DNA from: a virus
Lineage: Duplodnaviria; Heunggongvirae; Uroviricota; Caudoviricetes
Strand: one strand, 5' to 3'
Virus record (IMG/VR): IMGVR_UViG_2541047831_000006
Length of the DNA: 10,229 bases
A program made the translations under genes and the position numbers. A model generated the notes under the pieces. It was given only the letters and a program-made list of their open reading frames with translations. It did no database searches and had not been told where the DNA came from. Of this stretch, positions 1 through 8,354 are shown piece by piece; positions within the stretch are counted from its first letter, which is position 1, and each line of letters opens with the position of its first letter.

Positions 1-94
1 CTTGAGTCTTGAGTCTTGAGTCTTGAGTCTTGAGTCTTGAGTCTTGAGTCTTGAGTCTTGAGTCTTGAGTCTTGAGTCTTGAGTCTTGAGTCTT
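1..94 (-). repeat. Tandem heptanucleotide repeat, CTTGAGT on plus strand (AAGACTC on the minus coding strand); 13 complete units plus a partial unit; array truncated by the window edge
   Basis: Direct reading: positions 1-91 are 13 perfect CTTGAGT units followed by CTT. On the minus strand this follows ATGTT and encodes repeating RLKTQDS. Matches the known neuO poly-heptad phase-variation tract. Confidence 0.9.
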
Positions 95-99
95 AACAT
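1..99 (-). CDS. neuO: neuO 5' end (partial): phase-variable polysialic acid O-acetyltransferase; start codon at 99..97, gene continues beyond the window start
   Basis: Minus-strand ATG at 97-99 preceded by AGGA about 8 nt upstream, followed immediately by the AAGACTC heptads. Position directly downstream of an endosialidase tailspike gene, as in CUS-3-type K1 prophages. The rest of the gene is outside the window. Confidence 0.7.
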   Translation of the reverse strand, partial: MLRLKTQDSRLKTQDSRLKTQDSRLKTQDSRLK

Positions 100-252
100 A
101 TTAGTATCCTACGTTATTTTACCACTAGTTACTTTTCTTGTCATTAAAAAGCATTTAAATTTTTATATTTAATTTCGTTGACGTCAATGTTTTTTGCCAA
201 TGTACTTACTTCTTTATGTGATCAGTTCATATTTTTGACGCCAACGAAACAT
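100..252 (-). promoter_or_regulatory. AT-rich intergenic region between tailspike stop and neuO start; candidate neuO promoter (minus-strand -35 TTGACG at 182..187, -10 AAAAAT at 159..164) and 10-bp palindrome TTGACGTCAA (177..186)
   Basis: Sequence inspection only; promoter hexamers are approximate matches to sigma70 consensus. Confidence 0.3.
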
Positions 253-2714
253 TTAGTGCTTCCCTTCTATTAAGTCTAACCTAGCTTTTATTCTTTCTAT
301 TTCTCTGCGCTGCCATGCTGCCTCGATATAGAATAAGAGATCAGGTCTGACCCCCCATCTAGATCCTGCTGGCGTTATTTCAACGCGCTCAATGATGTCT
401 TCCATTACCATCACTGGATTATCATCCTCATCAACAATGATGCTCCCGTCATTATCAGTCAGCGGCATTTCCCTTTGGCCAGTAATGACGTCATCATATA
501 CTGCGGGATAATCGTCATAGCAAAGAAAGGCATAGCGGCATGTTGTGCTTTCTTCTTCCATGAGTCCGTGAGAAATAAGAACATCACGAAGTTGCTGCGC
601 GATTACACCATGATGTATCCTCGCCCCTTCTTCCCCCTTTATAGCGACAGCGTTCAGCCATTTATAAGCGATATACCTGACGTCACCCCAGGCATCCAGC
701 AATGTTTCGTCAGGAGAGACCGGCTCTGTCTTTAATGTTCCGTCACTGGTAACCACAGGATTGGAGCCAAGATAAACTATCGAGAACCTGTTTCCCGGAC
801 CACCAAGAGCATTTACATTATCAAGATAAGGTTTAACATCTCCGTTCTCAAAAAGATGTTCGAGTGCGTTATATACCGCGCGACGTGGAGTACTGCTTCT
901 GGAACCATGCAACGTTATCATTGCACCATCTGCTGAAGACGTTGTTTCACCGCCGCTAACGATTAATCTCTGAGCGGTAACATCATCAGACGGTACTTTC
1001 TTCGCAATAATGGCGTAATTACCCTCAAGTTTGACTTCCGCGCGAACTTGTCCTGATGTACCTGCATGGACAGTCAGTGACTGGACGGCAACATCATCTG
1101 TGAAATCAACGGGTACAGGAACCGTCCTCACGCCTGACGTCGACATAAAAGTAGGAAGCGTTCTGTTAGGAGTGGCTCCGTAGACAAAATCCCTTGAAAC
1201 AAATTCTTCCTGTTTAATTTTCACCCTGAAACAATACAAATCAGCCGGGTGACCATCGTGAACATAAGGATATTTTCTGTTGTTATCCCCTATGCTCCAT
1301 GGGTTTAGAAAGTCTTCCCCACCGAAAATGTAGTACAGCCAGTTGTCTTTGATACAAACTGAACCAACACCAACCGCAGAGTTAACTATTCCGCCCTGAT
1401 AAATCTGATCAGTAACATTAACCCACTCTACATTATCCAGACTCCACTCATTGACGTTAACTCTGGTCATAAATGTTCTTGGATAGTTTCCTGCATAACG
1501 GTTATCAGGTTCTCCTCCTTCCCACTCACCAAATGCGCGCTCACTGCCAAAAATAATCAGCTCATCGCCAACTTTGGCAAAAGGAAGGTTTGAGTGATGA
1601 ACATTATTTGGGAAGCGAAGAGAATTCCATGATGTACCTAAATCAGAGCTTCTGTGCAATGAACTACCGGGTTGAGTACTTAATGTCCCCCTGGTCGTCA
1701 GATACAGAATGCCATCATAATATTTTACACATGGCTCAGATGCATTCGCCTCATATTCTGCAGGTATGCGTCTGCGAACAAAGCTACCAGGAGAACCGAA
1801 AGCATCAGAGAAATAGAGTATCCCAAGCTCGCGTGGACCAATATCACCATTATGGTAGCCAACAGCAAAACTGTTATCGCTAATCGTCGCAAAACTGTGA
1901 ATCTCAGTAACAGGAGTGCTTCCGTCAACAAAAGAAGGAATAGTTCCAAGACTGGTTTTTCTCCATGGTGACGAGTGAAATGATGTACCAAAACTCCAGT
2001 ATCTACCCTCGTTATTCTGATCCACATCCTGGGTATTTTGCGTCGTAACTGTAAAAGTATTTTTATCAATAACAGTAGTCACCGTCATATTCCCGGTAAC
2101 ACCTGTAACACCAGAGTTTGAGAAGTTGACAAAATCACCAGCAAATAATCCGTGATCAGTAATGCGAATATAAGCGACTTGCTGATTTGCTGCTTTCGTT
2201 ATACCACCATAAACGCGAAGGCTGCGACTCATTGGGCGATCCCACAACTCTGCAACCTGCAGTTTATTTCCGCTCACGGTCCGCGTCTCAATTACAGCAA
2301 AAAGGCGATTTCTGACAACCCCCATACTCATGCAGTGATAGTTAACTGTGGGATAGTTTTCATGTAAATCTGTAAGCCATTCCGGCGTTGTCCAGGTCTT
2401 CCCGTCATCTCCTGAGCGAACCCATGCAACATGGAGGTTATTTACACCATGGCGGTCTCCAGCCATAAAAGGCGCATAGATGACATTGTCATATACAAAC
2501 GTTTTATCCTGCGTCCAGGCGTTGTACCACGGTGTATCTGTAATTTTAAATAACTCTCCCTGGATAAAATCTTCAGAAACATAAAAAAGAGGCTGACCCG
2601 GTATTCTCTCAAATAAAAAACGAGCATTTTTAAATCGACTGACATCTGGAAGAGTTGATACTTTAAAAGTAAGCCCTCGCCCATCTATCTTTTCACCACC
2701 TGTTGCAACAGAAA
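253..2714 (-). pseudogene. Endosialidase (endo-N-acetylneuraminidase) tailspike, 3' portion: catalytic region plus C-terminal intramolecular chaperone domain; separated from its 5' portion by IS911
   Basis: The 737-aa ORF (253..2466) aligns by eye to phage K1F endosialidase (DRHGV..HVSWV.SGDDG.TW.TPEWLTDLH..YPTVNYHCMSMGV, through LGSNPVVTSDG and the IHHGVIAQQLRDV chaperone region). The same frame stays open upstream of the first ATG through 2467..2714 (SVATGGEKIDGRGLTFKVSTLPDVSRFKNARFLFERIPGQPL...), so the ATG at 2466 is internal. The reading frame runs into the IS911 end at 2715. Confidence 0.85.
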
Positions 2715-2744
2715 TGAAGTGGTCAACAAAAACTGGCCACCGAG

Positions 2745-3892
<1,148 letters not shown>

Positions 3893-3964
3893 TATGGCAC
3901 CTGTGTTGTTCTGAGGTGAGCATATCACCTCTGTTCAGGTGGCCAAATTCAGTAAACCACTTCA

Positions 3965-4451
3965 AAAGTAATTCTGATAGAGCTGATGTATCATCATGAA
4001 CACCATCACCAATAGCCCCCCAACCTCTTACATCATAACTGTCTCTCCATCTTGCTATCTGAAGTTTTGGGTATTTATTCGCTCCATCTGGGTCTTCTAA
4101 TTGCTGCCGTAGTTGATCAGGATCATACTTCAGCACATTCTGGAAATAGAACTGCTGTACGCCATACGCATCGTACACAGCCATAGAATGGCCTTGCACA
4201 GTTACGAACTTGGCAATCCGTCCGTTATATACAGGGTAACCAGCAGCGTTAATGATGATTGGTTGCGAAACAGGAACGTGAGAGCCGTCTTCGTTCTCTA
4301 CATAAACCTGAATCCGGTTTTCAGGATTTACCGGGTCAGTGTCAATTTTACCGATATAAATTTTGCCATTGGCTACGGCTTTAAAAGAACGCGCCATAGT
4401 GAAGAGTTGCGAAGGCATCGATACAATCACATTGGCTGTAATGTCTGTCAT
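3965..4451 (-). pseudogene. Tailspike 5' portion: P22 gp9-like N-terminal head-binding domain followed by the start of the endosialidase region; reading frame runs into IS911
   Basis: N-terminus [11 protein letters not shown]...[21 protein letters not shown]...[10 protein letters not shown]...[13 protein letters not shown]...NVLKYDPDQ closely resembles the P22 tailspike head-binding domain. It then switches to endosialidase-like sequence ([20 protein letters not shown]) before the IS junction at 3964/3965. Start ATG at 4449..4451 with GGAG about 10 nt upstream. Confidence 0.85.
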
Positions 4452-4507
4452 TTAATTTGCTCCAGATGCAAAGAATCGCCGCAGCATGGCCACGGTGAAT
4501 TTTGGGC

Positions 4508-4532
4508 ATAAAAAAACCCAGCCGAAGCTGGG
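4508..4532 (-). terminator. Rho-independent terminator downstream of ant (minus strand): stem CCCAGC/GCTGGG with CGAA loop followed by a U-run
   Basis: Plus-strand sequence AAAAAAACCCAGCCGAAGCTGGG; on the minus strand the hairpin is followed by 7-8 T residues. Lies between the ant stop (4552) and the tailspike start (4451). Confidence 0.6.
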
Positions 4533-4551
4533 TCGTTGCGTTGGTTATCTG

Positions 4552-5454
4552 TCAGTAATTATGTACTGAAGGAGGTAATTCTTTATTCTTAAGTCTCATC
4601 CATGCGGAAAGATTCGTTGGTCCGTCTGGCTCATTGATATCAACATCTCGTGTGTGATTGATTAAAACGTCTCTCGCCATATCGATAATACGGGAGAACT
4701 CATAACCGCAGTCATGACATCTGCCGGAATAGTTCGATTGAATTTGTTTTAGCGCCGGATACAGTTCGCGGAATAATGCCTGTGAGCGGTTGGCATAATC
4801 CCATAGCCATACAAGGCTGTTTGCTTCTTTTGCAGAAAGCTCGTTGGTTTTCTTCTCTTGTTTGCCGATGAACTCACCTTCAAGCACTACCCTGTGGATG
4901 TACTCTACTGCTTGTGGTATCTGAGATGCATCAAGCTCTTCAATACTTTCCACATTGAAACGCTGATGAATCATTGCATAAGCTTCTGGGTACATTAGAT
5001 GCTTTTTGCTGACTAGCATATTTACAGCATCACGAAGCGGAGTCCTGTCATCAACAGATGTTTTCTTCCGTGCATTTGCTGCCTCTCCCTTTGTCCAGTA
5101 GTCATGCAGCACAGTAAAGCATTCTTCCTGGTACTGAATCAGTTTATCGCGGATGTCAGCACGAACTTTCTCAGGGTTGATGCTGAACAGCCATCCATTT
5201 AACTTCTTCAAAGGAAGGCAGAGTAGCTTACGAAGCTTACCATCAGCGGCAACCATGTTCATATGAACACAGTTGAATTTGCTAATCTGCTTCATGAGTT
5301 TTGTTTGCTGCGTTGACCAGCTCATTCCGAGGTTTTCAACGATTGGCTTCATCGCAACATATGCAACTCCGGCAGCCATGGCGGTGATAATTTGCTGACC
5401 GTTGAATGGCACGTAAGAGGTGTTCACTGCTTCTAAAATTGCTATACTATTCAT
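4552..5454 (-). CDS. ant: Antirepressor Ant (P22 immI-type), about 300 aa; likely start at internal Met ([12 protein letters not shown]...) rather than the ORF-track start at 5520
   Basis: The ATG at 5452..5454 has GGAGA 8 nt upstream, while the ORF-track ATG at 5520 has no Shine-Dalgarno sequence. Gene order arc-ant-tailspike matches the P22 immI region. Identification as Ant rests on this context and on my recollection of the P22 Ant N-terminus. Confidence 0.7.
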   Translation of the reverse strand: MNSIAILEAVNTSYVPFNGQQIITAMAAGVAYVAMKPIVENLGMSWSTQQTKLMKQISKFNCVHMNMVAADGKLRKLLCLPLKKLNGWLFSINPEKVRADIRDKLIQYQEECFTVLHDYWTKGEAANARKKTSVDDRTPLRDAVNMLVSKKHLMYPEAYAMIHQRFNVESIEELDASQIPQAVEYIHRVVLEGEFIGKQEKKTNELSAKEANSLVWLWDYANRSQALFRELYPALKQIQSNYSGRCHDCGYEFSRIIDMARDVLINHTRDVDINEPDGPTNLSAWMRLKNKELPPSVHNY

Positions 5455-5455
5455 G

Positions 5456-5522
5456 TTGGTTTTTCTCCACGGATTTACCGACAACCGAAGCCCTGACTGT
5501 TCCAGCAGTTGGGGCTTCACTG
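5456..5522 (+). ncRNA. Candidate sar-like antisense RNA (about 65-70 nt) complementary to the ant ribosome-binding region
   Basis: Plus-strand extended -10 element TGcTATACT (5441..5448) just inside the ant start. Downstream plus-strand hairpin GAAGCCC (5487..5493) / GGGCTTC (5512..5518) followed by a U-rich tract (TGTTTTGATTTCTTTG). The transcript would cover the ant Shine-Dalgarno (plus-strand TCTCC 5464..5468). Analogous to P22 sar. Confidence 0.3.
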
Positions 5523-5686
5523 TTTTGATTTCTTTGCCGCATCAAGCATCACTTCTGAAAACGTGCGCTTGCCACTGAATACTCTTTCTCTTCTCAATTT
5601 TTCGTTCGTGCCAAATGATTCGCCATGAACAAAATTTGGTCTTAAAATGGTAATCGCAATCTCTTTGACTACTGCATCCAAGCGAA

Positions 5687-5839
5687 TCACACCGTTACCC
5701 CCTCTCTCTTCAGGCTGTCTATCAGGCGCTTGATAACCTCTGAGTTAAACGACCTGCACTCTTCCTTTGCCCTGCTACCGATAGCATCCTTTAACGACTG
5801 CGGCATCCTTACCAAAATCTTACTTATTTCTTTCTCCAT
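5687..5839 (-). CDS. arc: Arc-like ribbon-helix-helix repressor (50 aa from the Met with the strong RBS)
   Basis: MEKEISKILVRMPQSLKDAIGSRAKEECRSFNSEVIKRLIDSLKREG resembles P22 Arc (..MPQFNLRWPREVLDLVRKVAEENGRSVNSEIYQRVMESFKKEG). GGAGG lies 6 nt upstream of the ATG at 5837..5839. The ORF-track start at 5875 lacks an RBS. Confidence 0.75.
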   Translation of the reverse strand: MEKEISKILVRMPQSLKDAIGSRAKEECRSFNSEVIKRLIDSLKREGVTV

Positions 5840-5953
5840 GTTACCCTCCACGCAAACAACTCTTTTCGAATACAAAAGATAGCAAAGTGAGTATATCTAG
5901 TCAAAATTTTTTTGCATACACTTTGCTATCAAATTGAATACCAAAGGTGTTAT
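5840..5953. promoter_or_regulatory. Divergent Pant/Pmnt-like promoter-operator region with a perfect 12-bp inverted repeat pair GATAGCAAAGTG (5878..5889) and CACTTTGCTATC (5919..5930)
   Basis: Minus-strand candidate promoter: -35 TTGACT (plus 5899..5904), 17-bp spacer, -10 TATCTT (plus 5876..5881) reading toward arc. Plus-strand candidate -35 TTGCAT (5913..5918) reading toward mnt. One copy of the 12-mer overlaps each promoter. Confidence 0.5.
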
Positions 5954-6202
5954 ATGGCAAAGGGTGTGTCAATTTCTCCAACTACGGTAAGAATCCCTGA
6001 ATCTTTACGCGAGGCTCTTGCTGTCAGAGCATCAAAAAATGGTCGCTCTGTTAACTCCGAGATCGTCATGATTTTGCAAGCCGCGATTGATGAAGATAGG
6101 TCGCCAAAGTCAGTTGAGTCATTTGCTCAGCAAGAAGCTGATAAATTCAAAGAGGCGCTACTTGAGACGCTAAAGACCATGTATGCTAAGGATGAAAAAT
6201 AA
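5954..6202 (+). CDS. mnt: Mnt-like ribbon-helix-helix repressor (82 aa from MAKG...)
   Basis: VRIPESLREALAVRASKNGRSVNSEIVMILQAAI and C-terminal EALLETLKTMYAK resemble P22 Mnt (FRMPMEVREKLKFRAEANGRSMNSELLQIVQDAL ... TLKDLYKK). Divergent from arc-ant as in P22 immI. RBS AAAGG upstream of the ATG at 5954. Confidence 0.75.
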   Translation: MAKGVSISPTTVRIPESLREALAVRASKNGRSVNSEIVMILQAAIDEDRSPKSVESFAQQEADKFKEALLETLKTMYAKDEK

Positions 6203-6738
6203 TGCTGCACACAATTCATTTCTTATGCCCTGTTAACACTGCCACTGTTGGGCAACTTCAGAACCACTGTCTCACCGCATTATCTCAAGGCGCAACTGAA
6301 TTAAATATCCATATATCAAGTCAGGGAGGGGAAACTGCTGCTGGCTTTACTGCGTATAACTTTCTTAAGTCACTCCCTGTTACCGTTAGAACTCACAACA
6401 TAAGCAATGTTGAATCCATAGCTAATATCGTTTTCCTGGCTGGCTCAGAACGTTTCGCAAACCCATTATCAAGATTCCTGTTACATCCTCTATTATGGTG
6501 CTTTGCCTCCCCAGCCGCCGACCATGCCAGATTGAGAGAGTACGGGAAATGCCTCGATAACGATCTTGATCGCTTCGTTGAGACGTTCAATATCGACATC
6601 GGAACCCATATTAGGTGGGCATCCCTGATAGCAGACTCGACCATTTTGGATGCTAACAAGGCTCTTGAGCATGGCATAATTAATTCCATAAAAACTGCAA
6701 GGCTGGCATCCAATCAGGCAAACTGGTGGGTTGTTTGA
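6202..6738 (+). CDS. ClpP-fold (peptidase S14-like) serine peptidase homolog, 178 aa, translationally coupled to mnt
   Basis: Start ATG overlaps the mnt stop (TAATG). Motifs ISSQGGETAAGF, NVESIANIVFLAGS, RFLLHP and DLDRF align by eye to ClpP INSPGGVITAG, GQAASMGAFLLTAG, RVMIHQP and TERDRF, with candidate Ser-His-Asp triad residues conserved. Lacks the ClpP N-terminal axial segment. Confidence 0.65.
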   Translation: MLHTIHFLCPVNTATVGQLQNHCLTALSQGATELNIHISSQGGETAAGFTAYNFLKSLPVTVRTHNISNVESIANIVFLAGSERFANPLSRFLLHPLLWCFASPAADHARLREYGKCLDNDLDRFVETFNIDIGTHIRWASLIADSTILDANKALEHGIINSIKTARLASNQANWWVV

Positions 6739-6761
6739 TGGGTAAATCATGATTACTCCTT

Positions 6762-6785
6762 ATAAAAAACCCACCTGACGGTGGG
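6762..6785 (-). terminator. Rho-independent terminator immediately after the YafO-like gene (minus strand); may also weakly terminate the convergent plus-strand ClpP-like transcript
   Basis: Stem CCCACC (6770..6775) / GGTGGG (6780..6785), loop TGAC. On the minus strand it is followed by TTTTTT (plus-strand A-run 6764..6769); on the plus strand only TTT follows. Confidence 0.6.
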
Positions 6786-6786
6786 T

Positions 6787-7236
6787 TTAGTCAAACATAG
6801 TGTTTCTAAAGTCTCTCGCATACCCTGCTAACACTCTCATTCTATTATGATTGTTAGCAGACATGTGAGCTACAGGATGAAAAAGAGCAATCAATGAATA
6901 CCTGTTCTCATCAAAAAGATTTTGTGCATAAACGAGAGCGGTATTGGATGTTTTATGCCACTGCAACTTTTGCGGTGTGCTGATATCTGTGCCATTTTTT
7001 ATTGGCTCAAATTTATTTTCACCAATTGCTAAATGAAGGTGCATAAGGCCTGCATCTTCAATATCAGGAGGTCGATGATAAGAGGTGTCTCTGCCAAAAT
7101 AGCTGGGCAACGTTCCCGTAGACTTGTAGATGATAAAATCATCTACAAGTGTTTGTTTTAAATCAGGAAACTCAACAAAAACCGGGGAGAAAAAATAGTC
7201 AAAACTATCCTGATTATATTCCACGGTTACTTGCAT
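6787..7236 (-). CDS. YafO-family-like toxin homolog (putative ribosome-dependent mRNA interferase), 149 aa; second gene of a two-gene operon
   Basis: By recollection of E. coli YafO: FIIYKSTGTLPSYFGRD vs FISYKRDGVLPDIFGRD; HLHLA vs HIHLA; ALVYAQNLFDE vs HLVYCQGAFDE; SLIALFHP vs LLIAILKP; NHNRMRVLAGYARDFR vs NNQMHKIGKMAEAFRM. GAGG RBS 6 nt upstream overlaps the upstream gene's TGA. Needs a database search to confirm. Confidence 0.5.
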   Translation of the reverse strand: MQVTVEYNQDSFDYFFSPVFVEFPDLKQTLVDDFIIYKSTGTLPSYFGRDTSYHRPPDIEDAGLMHLHLAIGENKFEPIKNGTDISTPQKLQWHKTSNTALVYAQNLFDENRYSLIALFHPVAHMSANNHNRMRVLAGYARDFRNTMFD

Positions 7237-7244
7237 GTTTTACC

Positions 7245-7811
7245 TCAGTGGAAGTTACCAGAGTGAAACACACGAGTCCCGTGCTCAGCAAGCGCACGCA
7301 AACCAGCCATATCTACGGAACTATCAAAAACAACCGGAACACATGAGCGTTGTTTAATAAGACTATTCAGGTTGGTTACGGCAGATCTGGCATCAGCAAC
7401 AACGATATAGATATCTCTTGCGATCTCTTTAAAATCAGCAGAAGCTTCTTTGAATACCGATTTCATTGCCCCTTCAAGTCCTCTCAATTGATGCTCTATC
7501 AATCGAGACTTTTCTGGTTCAATGATAGACAACACATTGTCTACATTCTCATCGGTAGCGTTTGCAAGAACACGATAAGCGTATTTCAGCATTCGAGACA
7601 ATTCTTTAATCGAAGACACCGCCTCATGAAGCTCATCATTAGCCCGTTCACTGCTGAATGAGGATTGATGGTAAGCGTGCTGAACGTTATCAGTAACAAC
7701 CACCTCACAACTGAACGCAGAAGCTTGCTGTAATAGCAAACCTATTGCGACTCCAGCTTTGGCAGCGTTCAAGCTAAACATTTCATCAATCCCATTAGTC
7801 TCATTGCTCAT
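7245..7811 (-). CDS. Hypothetical protein (188 aa from the Met with the AGGAGG RBS), first gene of the operon with the YafO-like gene; candidate antitoxin or sensor partner
   Basis: Strong RBS AAGGAGG 5-6 nt upstream of the ATG at 7809..7811; the ORF-track start at 7841 lacks one. Predicted largely helical; no motif I can assign. Its stop is 8 nt upstream of the YafO-like start. Confidence 0.55.
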   Translation of the reverse strand: MSNETNGIDEMFSLNAAKAGVAIGLLLQQASAFSCEVVVTDNVQHAYHQSSFSSERANDELHEAVSSIKELSRMLKYAYRVLANATDENVDNVLSIIEPEKSRLIEHQLRGLEGAMKSVFKEASADFKEIARDIYIVVADARSAVTNLNSLIKQRSCVPVVFDSSVDMAGLRALAEHGTRVFHSGNFH

Positions 7812-7986
7812 ACAAACCTCCTTCTTATCGGAGATTATCAATAGCTATGCATCCATTGAATACACGCTATGCGCAATAAGTTTACGTCACGTGATATCAT
7901 TATGCAACCACCGTTCTATCACCGACTAACTTTACTCCCACTCCTATACATCATCTGGTATCCTGCGCAAAACTAAGGAGGTTGGT
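7812..7986. promoter_or_regulatory. Divergent intergenic region between the hypothetical/YafO-like operon and the membrane-protein gene; contains overlapping palindromes TCACGTGA (7887..7894) and GATATC (7893..7898)
   Basis: Strong Shine-Dalgarno sequences on both flanks imply promoters for both divergent transcription units lie here. No confident -10/-35 assignment. Confidence 0.3.
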
Positions 7987-8337
7987 GTGAATGCTCAGTC
8001 TGTCATCATGGTTTTCCTTGGGCTGATTGTCGCAAAACTATATCCAGACTGGTGGAAAGGGGCATTAGCTACTGTCGCCATCTATTTGCTTTTATCCATC
8101 GTTAAGCGATCACTCGCTGAGACCGTAAATCAAGCAAAACGTTTCTCATTTAAGAGTTTAATAAACTATGTTACTGGGCTTATTTTTTGCCTTTCAATTC
8201 TGATCGCTTCGGCTTTTTTGCCCGTATCAATAGCTAATTTTTTTGGCGCACCATATGAGGTAGGTTATCTATTCTCTGTTTCCTGTCTTGCCATTGCTCT
8301 TCTTTACCTGTGGACGAGATCAAAGAATAAAAATTAG
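7987..8337 (+). CDS. Small integral membrane protein (116 aa, about 4 predicted transmembrane helices), GTG start
   Basis: AAGGAGG (7974..7980) 6 nt upstream of the GTG at 7987. Four hydrophobic segments (SVIMVFLGLIVAKLY; ALATVAIYLLLSIV; YVTGLIFCLSILIASAFL; YLFSVSCLAIALLYLW). Confidence 0.6.
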   Translation: MNAQSVIMVFLGLIVAKLYPDWWKGALATVAIYLLLSIVKRSLAETVNQAKRFSFKSLINYVTGLIFCLSILIASAFLPVSIANFFGAPYEVGYLFSVSCLAIALLYLWTRSKNKN

Positions 8338-8354
8338 CCATCCGTGGCTGCCAG

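Noticed and set aside
1-94. CRISPR array
   Set aside because: The repeats are 7-bp perfect tandem units with no spacers; this is a slipped-strand phase-variation tract, not CRISPR.
253-2466. ORF-track start (MAGDRHG...) as the true start of the endosialidase gene
   Set aside because: The same frame is open upstream through to the IS911 junction and encodes conserved endosialidase sequence, so this ATG is internal and the gene is interrupted rather than short.
475-2684. ORFs 475..735(+), 1590..1883(+), 1725..2069(-), 2152..2367(+), 2442..2684(-)
   Set aside because: They lie inside or out of frame with the well-supported endosialidase coding region and have no RBS or recognisable family features. 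They are shadow ORFs.
4113-4511. ORF 4113..4511(+)
   Set aside because: Antisense to the tailspike head-binding domain coding region and spanning the ant terminator; no RBS.
4552-5520. Longer Ant with 22-residue N-terminal extension (MKPQLLEQ...)
   Set aside because: No Shine-Dalgarno sequence before the ATG at 5520, whereas the internal ATG at 5454 has GGAGA at ideal spacing.
5687-5875. Longer Arc starting at MYSKRVVCVEGN
   Set aside because: No RBS; the internal ATG at 5839 has GGAGG 6 nt upstream and gives an Arc-sized 50-aa protein.
6393-6750. ORFs 6393..6713(-) and 6493..6750(-)
   Set aside because: Antisense to the ClpP-like gene, which has recognisable conserved motifs; these have none.
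7149-7661. ORFs 7149..7346(+) and 7350..7661(+)
   Set aside because: Antisense to the RBS-supported minus-strand operon.
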